A DNA stretch of 64,000 nt from Candidatus Poribacteria bacterium. GTDB taxonomy: Bacteria > Poribacteria > WGA-4E > WGA-3G. The position numbers were made by a program, and so were the translations under genes. The notes below the pieces were generated by a model, which was given only the letters and a program-made list of their open reading frames with translations, searched no databases and had not been told where the DNA came from. The DNA lies in the NCBI GenBank assembly GCA_026710795.1, contig JAPOQK010000037.1:37514-101513 (forward strand). Direction: 5' to 3'. How positions within the stretch are numbered: position 1 is the stretch's first letter; each line of letters starts with the position of its first letter. Of the stretch, positions 58,560-64,000 are shown in pieces.

Positions 58560-59072
58560 TTACTCCTCCCAATTATCGTACACAATTTCTCCATTTTCTC
58601 TTGCCCATTTTTCAGAAAACCCAACATGAGAAATAGCATTTTGACTACGATCCAATTGACGTTCTGTTTCTGAAGCAATTATTTCTGGATCAAGTTCAAT
58701 AATCACTTTCACTTTAGTCTGGTTAGATGCATAAAATACTATCATAAATATTTTATCATTTCTCCATATTCTATTTAAAGATTCGTTTCGTTTTTCGGGT
58801 GGTTCCTTAAACATTCTATCAAACTGACCTGATCCGCCCTCTTTACATGATATGTATTCATATAATATTGAAGGATCATTAGGATCATGGGCATCTGCAT
58901 GTCGTTTGGATGTTATCAATGTGTGACCTAGTATATCTGCGATAATCATTTCTTTTGCAAGACCCGGCTGCAATAGATTGTTTATTCCTACTTTCCGAGC
59001 CAATTCTGATGCTCTTAATATCAATTTAATGATTTTTCGATATGTTTCTTGAGCCATAATCTCCCCTTTCAC
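58560..59072 (-). CDS. Hypothetical protein, candidate type II restriction endonuclease partner of the adjacent methyltransferase
   Basis: The 170 aa ORF sits in an AT-rich islet directly downstream of a DNA MTase. The call rests on context only. Confidence 0.3.
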   Translation of the reverse strand: MKGEIMAQETYRKIIKLILRASELARKVGINNLLQPGLAKEMIIADILGHTLITSKRHADAHDPNDPSILYEYISCKEGGSGQFDRMFKEPPEKRNESLNRIWRNDKIFMIVFYASNQTKVKVIIELDPEIIASETERQLDRSQNAISHVGFSEKWARENGEIVYDNWEE

Positions 59073-59198
59073 ATTACTGTAAAGTATTCAAAATGAATTG
59101 TAAGGACATATAGTATGAATTAGCTATTTCATATATCAATCATATACATGTCTTACTCAATATTAACAGTTTGGTATCAACATATTTAAAATAAACTC

Positions 59199-59969
59199 TT
59201 ACAACAATCCTAGTAGTCTTTCATTTGCAACTTTAACGAAATCTTCTTGAATCTCAAAAGCAATATAGTCTCTATCATATCTTTTACAAACTACAGGACA
59301 GGTTCCAACACCTGAAAAAGGATCTAACACTATATCACCCATTGAAGAACTAGCAAGGACTATTCTTTCAATTAATTTCTCTGGTTTTTGTATGGTATTT
59401 AGTGCTTCTCTACAAACTAATTCCTTTGACTTATAAGTTAATTGTTTTATATCACCCCAAACATTTCCAGGATTCTTTCCATTGGGATTGAACTTTGTTT
59501 TTCCAAATTTACCATTTGTTACAGATGGAACATTTTCACAACGAAGTCGATGTTCTAGTTCGACAAGTTGAGGCACTCTGATAGAATCAAGATTATAGCA
59601 TTTTGGACGATCACCTTTAATAAAATAGCAGATAATATCGTAATTATTGGTGTAATTGAGTCTTCCTTGTGCTAGTCGACTTGGTTGGTACCATACAATT
59701 TTCGATCTAAGGTTTAGATATTTACGGTAATCTATAAAGTCTATACAGTCCGATTTACCAAACAGATACATCGCACCACCATTTTTCAGTTTTGGAGTAA
59801 GTCTTTTTATAAGCATTAAATTAAATTCCTGAATTGAAGGAATTTTATCCCACTCCTCATTGGTAACTCCATAAGGACCGTCACATACAATAAGATCAAT
59901 TGAGTCATCTTTTACTTCATTGATGAGATTTAACGAGTCTCCACAATAAATTGTATTAAGTTTTAACAT
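59199..59969 (-). CDS. Beta-class DNA methyltransferase (DGPY variant of the (D/S)PPY motif)
   Basis: It has DLIVCDGPYGV and C-terminal DPFSGVGT. Its codon usage is AT-rich. Confidence 0.75.
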   Translation of the reverse strand: MLKLNTIYCGDSLNLINEVKDDSIDLIVCDGPYGVTNEEWDKIPSIQEFNLMLIKRLTPKLKNGGAMYLFGKSDCIDFIDYRKYLNLRSKIVWYQPSRLAQGRLNYTNNYDIICYFIKGDRPKCYNLDSIRVPQLVELEHRLRCENVPSVTNGKFGKTKFNPNGKNPGNVWGDIKQLTYKSKELVCREALNTIQKPEKLIERIVLASSSMGDIVLDPFSGVGTCPVVCKRYDRDYIAFEIQEDFVKVANERLLGLL

Positions 59970-60061
59970 TATTCAATAAAATCCACTTACTAAGAGATGG
60001 ATTCCTCCTAAAATACATTTAGCGTTCCTAAATGTTCAAAATCAACAAAGGCACCTACAAA

Positions 60062-61516
60062 TTACATTGGTCCAACACGTTCAGGACCTTTATCCATTGA
60101 GAACATTGAGGAATCAAAACTTCTTTTTATTAAATCAAATTTAATATCTTGCTTATCGGTAGTATACCATAAGTTAGTAAATTCATCAGGATCATCTACC
60201 AAATCGTAGAGTTCTCCTTCTTCGTGTCCGTGATATACTACTAACTTATAACGTTTATCTCGATACATTGTTGCGAAGGAATGATCACGTTGATCAAGGG
60301 CATCATAGTATTCACACCGAACGAAATCACGATGATGATTCGTATCTGACTCACCTTGAAGGATAGATAACAATGACCGTCCATGCATCTGTTCAGGTAT
60401 TGGTAATCCTGCTAATTCCAATAATGTTGGGGTTTTGTCAACAAGTTCTACAAGGGCATCGCTTTTTAAACCATTCTCAAAATGCCCTCGCCACGAGAAA
60501 ATTAACGGGACTCTGACTAAGCCTTCATAGAACCGACATCCTTTTTGAATGAGGCCGTGATCACCTAACATCTCACCGTGATCACTTGTAAATATAATTA
60601 CTGTGTTTTCTCGTTGTCCTGTTTCATCCAAAACGTTTAGTATCCGACCTAACTGATCATCAATCAGTTTAATCATGGCATAATATGCAGCTGTCAGTGT
60701 CTTAGAATCTCTTTGACCTACAAATTTAGGTTTCGTCTTTCCTTGTGGTGACTGAGGTATAATTGGATTCCGAATATCTAATTCATCAGGTGTACGAACT
60801 TTTGATTGGAAATCTATTTTACTCAGTCGGTTTTGTTGTTCTAAATCACTCTCCTTAAAGAGTGGTTCTGGCATGTCTGCTGGAATAAACTGTTCTCTAT
60901 ATGACTGAGGTGGATTGAACGGAGGATGTGGGTCATATATATTAACACTCGCAAGCCATGGGGTATCTCGTTCCTCACTAATAAACTCAATTGTCTTTTC
61001 TGCACACCATGTCGTTTGATGTAATTCTGTTGGAACACCTTCAGGATTTTGGGTTAACTCGCCAAGTATATATCCTTTTGAACGAACCCAATCAGCGTAA
61101 TCGTGACCTTCCTTCCAGTCATCTCGTGGTGCATGGCTATATTGCCAATACCGATAACCATCGTCTGCACGTGGCTCTATTCTACGAAAAGCACTCGCAA
61201 GATGTAATTTTCCAATCAATCCACAATCATATCCGATGTCTGCAAGTGTGCGTGTGATAAGTGGAAATGTATTCGGAAAATAATCATTCCCGTTACCATT
61301 GACATGAACCGCACTCGCATACATTCCCGTCAAAAAACTTGCTCGACTCGGTGTGCATATTGGACTTTGACAATATGCATGTGTAAATGCAACACCTTCA
61401 GCAACTAAACTATCAATGTTGGGAGTAGATACGTACGGATTCCCTAATGCTCCTATTGTGTCGTATCGCTGTTGATCTGTGCAAATCCATAAAATATTTG
61501 GCGTTTCAACAGACAT
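60062..61516 (-). CDS. Sulfatase (formylglycine-dependent arylsulfatase family)
   Basis: It has the C-T-P-S-R FGly motif (SPICTPSRASFLTG) and the metal-binding Asp pattern. Confidence 0.9.
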   Translation of the reverse strand: MSVETPNILWICTDQQRYDTIGALGNPYVSTPNIDSLVAEGVAFTHAYCQSPICTPSRASFLTGMYASAVHVNGNGNDYFPNTFPLITRTLADIGYDCGLIGKLHLASAFRRIEPRADDGYRYWQYSHAPRDDWKEGHDYADWVRSKGYILGELTQNPEGVPTELHQTTWCAEKTIEFISEERDTPWLASVNIYDPHPPFNPPQSYREQFIPADMPEPLFKESDLEQQNRLSKIDFQSKVRTPDELDIRNPIIPQSPQGKTKPKFVGQRDSKTLTAAYYAMIKLIDDQLGRILNVLDETGQRENTVIIFTSDHGEMLGDHGLIQKGCRFYEGLVRVPLIFSWRGHFENGLKSDALVELVDKTPTLLELAGLPIPEQMHGRSLLSILQGESDTNHHRDFVRCEYYDALDQRDHSFATMYRDKRYKLVVYHGHEEGELYDLVDDPDEFTNLWYTTDKQDIKFDLIKRSFDSSMFSMDKGPERVGPM

Positions 61517-61526
61517 ATTCGTTCAT

Positions 61527-63125
61527 TTACTTTGCAGTAGCAGTAAATCCTGCAGTCTTAATTACATTGGTAAGTTCATCAACCGAAACGCTATCCTTCC
61601 GCACCTTAATAACCGCTTGATCTGGTAGAGAAACTTCAGCACTGATAACGTTTTGGTGTTTTGTAAGTGCATCCTGCACTTTTTCAACACAAACCCCTCA
61701 CGTCATACCTGATACTGCCAAAGTAAGTTCCTCACTTGCATCGGTTTCTATTGGTACTGACATAAAAATGTGTAATTGTTTACCAGAAGTTGCATCAAAG
61801 ATACGGATCTTACCATCGAAACCACCCGTAGCGAGTTGGGTTCCATCAGGATGAAATGCAAGTGCAAATACTCCAACGGTATCACCTTGCATGGACAATA
61901 ACCGTTTACCATCTGACACGTTATATACACGTACTTCACCTGCGGAACTTCCAACAGCAAATTTGCTGCCATCTACAGAAAACGCGACCGCATCAATTGA
62001 TCCACCTTGTGCCTCATACGCTCTAATTAGGTTAAAATCTGTGTTTCCTACATCCCTGCGAGTTTCACGGAACATTTTGTATAACCGTGGAATTCTGTCT
62101 TCTCCGACACTCAAAACTTGGTCGGCATTTGGGTGACGTGCAATCGCATTAATTTCACCATAACCTTTGTTACTGGAGTTTACATCGTCAACAAAAGATC
62201 CTGTATCAACCTCCACCAATTTCAGCGCAGTATCACGACTACAACTAACAAAATGGGAACCGTCAGTAGAAAATACCGTACCGAATACCCAATCACCATG
62301 ATTGTCGAATTTCACAAGTTGCTTTTCATCTGCGATAGAAATGACACGCACCGTATGATCCGATGAACCGAAGGCTACTCGACTGGAATCTGGGGCAAAT
62401 GAGAGACCATAGATGGTATCATATGTGGAACGTATTGTTTTTGTGAGTTTATTTGTCCCAGTGTCCCACAACTGCACTTCACCAAATTGTGCCGGAGAAC
62501 CACCGGCAATACCGAGTATTTTTCCTTCATCTGTGTAGACAATTGATTGAATGCGACGTGCTTTACCTACCAATCGTGATTTAATGTCATAAGTCTTAGA
62601 ATCATACAATATTACTTCGCTGACTCCTGATACAGCAAGGGTTGTACCATCAGGAGAAAATGCAATTGCAGAAACAACGGGTGGAACTGTATATTGTGGG
62701 TAGTTTCCCTCTCCCATTTCATCTGTTACTTCAGGTGTGTCGTCTTTAGCACCTTCAAGAATCCAACGTCTAAATAGATCTATTTCATCTTTCGTGAGAG
62801 GTTCTTGGTTCTGTGGCATTGCGGGTGGGTCACCAGAAATAAGTTCAATGATGAGACTTTCATCAGGTTTTCCGGGGATTATCGCTTCGCCTGCCATACC
62901 ACCAAGCTTGAGTTCATCATAGGATGTTACAATCAGATCTGCATTTGCATCACCAGGATGATGGCACCCTTGACAACTCCGTTTAAGTAACGGAAGAATC
63001 TGTTTATGATAACTCACAGGATCTTCTTTTCCATGATTGTCTGCACTTACAAATGGACTCCACACGACAAAACAGAATAGAAAAATCACAACATAATTCA
63101 TTAACCTTAATCTTGATACATCCAT
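61527..63125 (-). CDS. PSCyt1 (CxxCH) plus WD40 beta-propeller protein fused through an in-frame TGA (putative Sec) to a C-terminal heavy-metal-associated (HMA) domain
   Basis: The start MDVSRLRL has GGAGGG 9 nt upstream, followed by a signal peptide. It has CQGCHHPG and WD40 repeats. The ORF 'ends' ...LTLAVSGMT-TGA(61698-61700), then continues in frame GVCVEKVQDALTKHQNVISAEVSLPDQAVIKVRKDSVSVDELTNVIKTAGFTATAK-TAA (61527). This reproduces the HMA consensus tLkVeGMtCxxC with the TGA at the first Cys. Confidence 0.65.
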
Positions 63126-63262
63126 ATTGTTGAAACCCTCCAGAAAAAACGAAAATATCCTATTGTAATCTCCGACGCAATTGATTAATTGGTATATTTT
63201 TAGGTAATTATACAACATTTTTGCCATAGAATACAAGTAAAATGTATTATAAGGAAACTGAC

Positions 63263-63960
63263 CTAATTTTCTATAATGGTCTAAATCTTGAAGTTAGGAT
63301 CACCGGAAATGTGTTGAATAAATTGAGTGATCAATCAAAATCAGTTGCAGTAACTGATGAGATTGATCGGTCATAACTTCGTGTTGCGTCTGAATTTCTC
63401 GGTGGATATGATCCTCATGTGTGGCGCGATGTTACTCTATGGATGAAAGCAACTGAGAAGGTACGTGACACATTGGTAAATCAGACCGAAAAAATGCACA
63501 ATTCTATCAGGAAATGCACAGAAATACATGACATCATTGAATAAATTATATCACGACCTTTTACTCCTTACCGCGCAAATGCCAGCTAAACGTAGAGTGC
63601 TTGTTACAACGCACGATGCCTTCGGGTACCTCGGAAGTGCCTATGGATTTGAGGTGCGTGGGTTATTGGGTATAAATACAGAAGACGAAGTAGGTATCGC
63701 AGATGTAAGAGAACTTGCTTCATTTATTGTATAACGTGGAATTCCAACAATGTTTGTTGATACCTCATCCTCATCACGTGGAATCAGGACCGTACATGCA
63801 TGAGTTCTTGCAAAGGGATTCAGAGTAGAAATCGGTGGTGGTCTTTACGCTGATGCAATGAGATCTCCAAGAACACCAGAAAGGACATATATCGGTATGA
63901 TGCGGTTTAACATTGAAACAATCGTGAATTCGTTGCAATCTGAGTTAGCATATCAGAAGT
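63263..63960 (+). pseudogene. ZnuA/TroA-like metal-binding lipoprotein remnant (N-terminus missing, in-frame stops, at least two frameshifts)
   Basis: It shows ETDLIFYNGLNLEV, GYDPHVW and VLVTTHDAFGYLGSAYGFEV (ZnuA hallmarks) spread over three frames. It has in-frame TAA and TGA stops and a local near-duplication AATGCACAattctatcagga/AATGCACAgaaatacatgac. Confidence 0.55.
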
Positions 63961-64000
63961 AGTGATTATGTAATGTGGAAGGTTATTGTAAATTGGTCTT

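Noticed and set aside
1-64000. CRISPR arrays, tRNA/rRNA genes, transposases and integrases
   Set aside because: No direct-repeat/spacer periodicity was seen. No tRNA-like T-arm or acceptor patterns were seen. No transposase-like ORFs were seen by eye. Absence is not proven without tRNAscan or CRISPR tools.

Overview
This 64 kb window looks like it comes from a PVC-superphylum-like bacterium, and almost every gene from about 15.6 kb to 63.1 kb lies on the minus strand. Evidence for the PVC placement: paired DUF1501 and DUF1549/DUF1553 (PSCyt2) genes, a PSCyt1-WD40 cytochrome and a sulfatase. The sequence looks moderately AT-rich by eye.

Main blocks, left to right:
- A partial DRG/Obg-type GTPase, then a roughly 930 bp AT-rich intergenic region. 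It holds a perfect-consensus sigma70 promoter, an orphan intrinsic terminator and a roughly 78 bp repeat element.
- Housekeeping genes: VOC/glyoxalase, M55 D-aminopeptidase, MATE exporter, a two-domain rhodanese, an alpha/beta hydrolase, MoeA, a truncated TPP enzyme and acetyl-CoA synthetase.
- A sulfur-assimilation cluster: Rrf2 (CymR-like) regulator, cysteine synthase, iron-sulfur APS/PAPS reductase, a MoaD/ThiS/CysO-like carrier with a post-GG tail, a JAMM/Mec+ protease and a NIL-domain protein.
- A run of poorly characterised proteins that share PCP_red-like modules (PF08369, the ChlB/BchB C-terminal domain). It also holds a radical-SAM/SPASM enzyme, an Mrp/NBP35 Fe-S carrier ATPase, a PhyH-like dioxygenase, a CopD/HemJ-like membrane protein and a tandem-Usp protein.
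- A large respiratory supercluster. It holds an aa3-type heme-copper oxidase (coxB, ctaD, two subunit III paralogs, subunit IV, ctaA, ctaB, SCO1) with an embedded orphan DNA methyltransferase. Upstream are an ABC-2 exporter, two cupredoxin paralogs, several mono- and di-heme c cytochromes, a CydA-superfamily 'cytochrome bd-like' protein with no CydB, an octaheme cytochrome c and a Rieske plus split cytochrome b (b6/subunit IV-like) complex.
- A secreted repeat protein, the DUF1501 and PSD1 pair, an AT-rich restriction-modification islet, a sulfatase, a PSCyt1-WD40 cytochrome and a decayed ZnuA-like pseudogene.

The most striking observation is two in-frame TGA codons that sit exactly at catalytic or metal-binding cysteine positions. 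One is in the rhodanese C-x-x-G-x-R loop and one is in the GMTCxxC motif of an HMA domain fused to the PSCyt1-WD40 cytochrome. Conserved domain sequence continues in frame after both, which points to selenocysteine. TGA is otherwise used as a genuine stop in this window.
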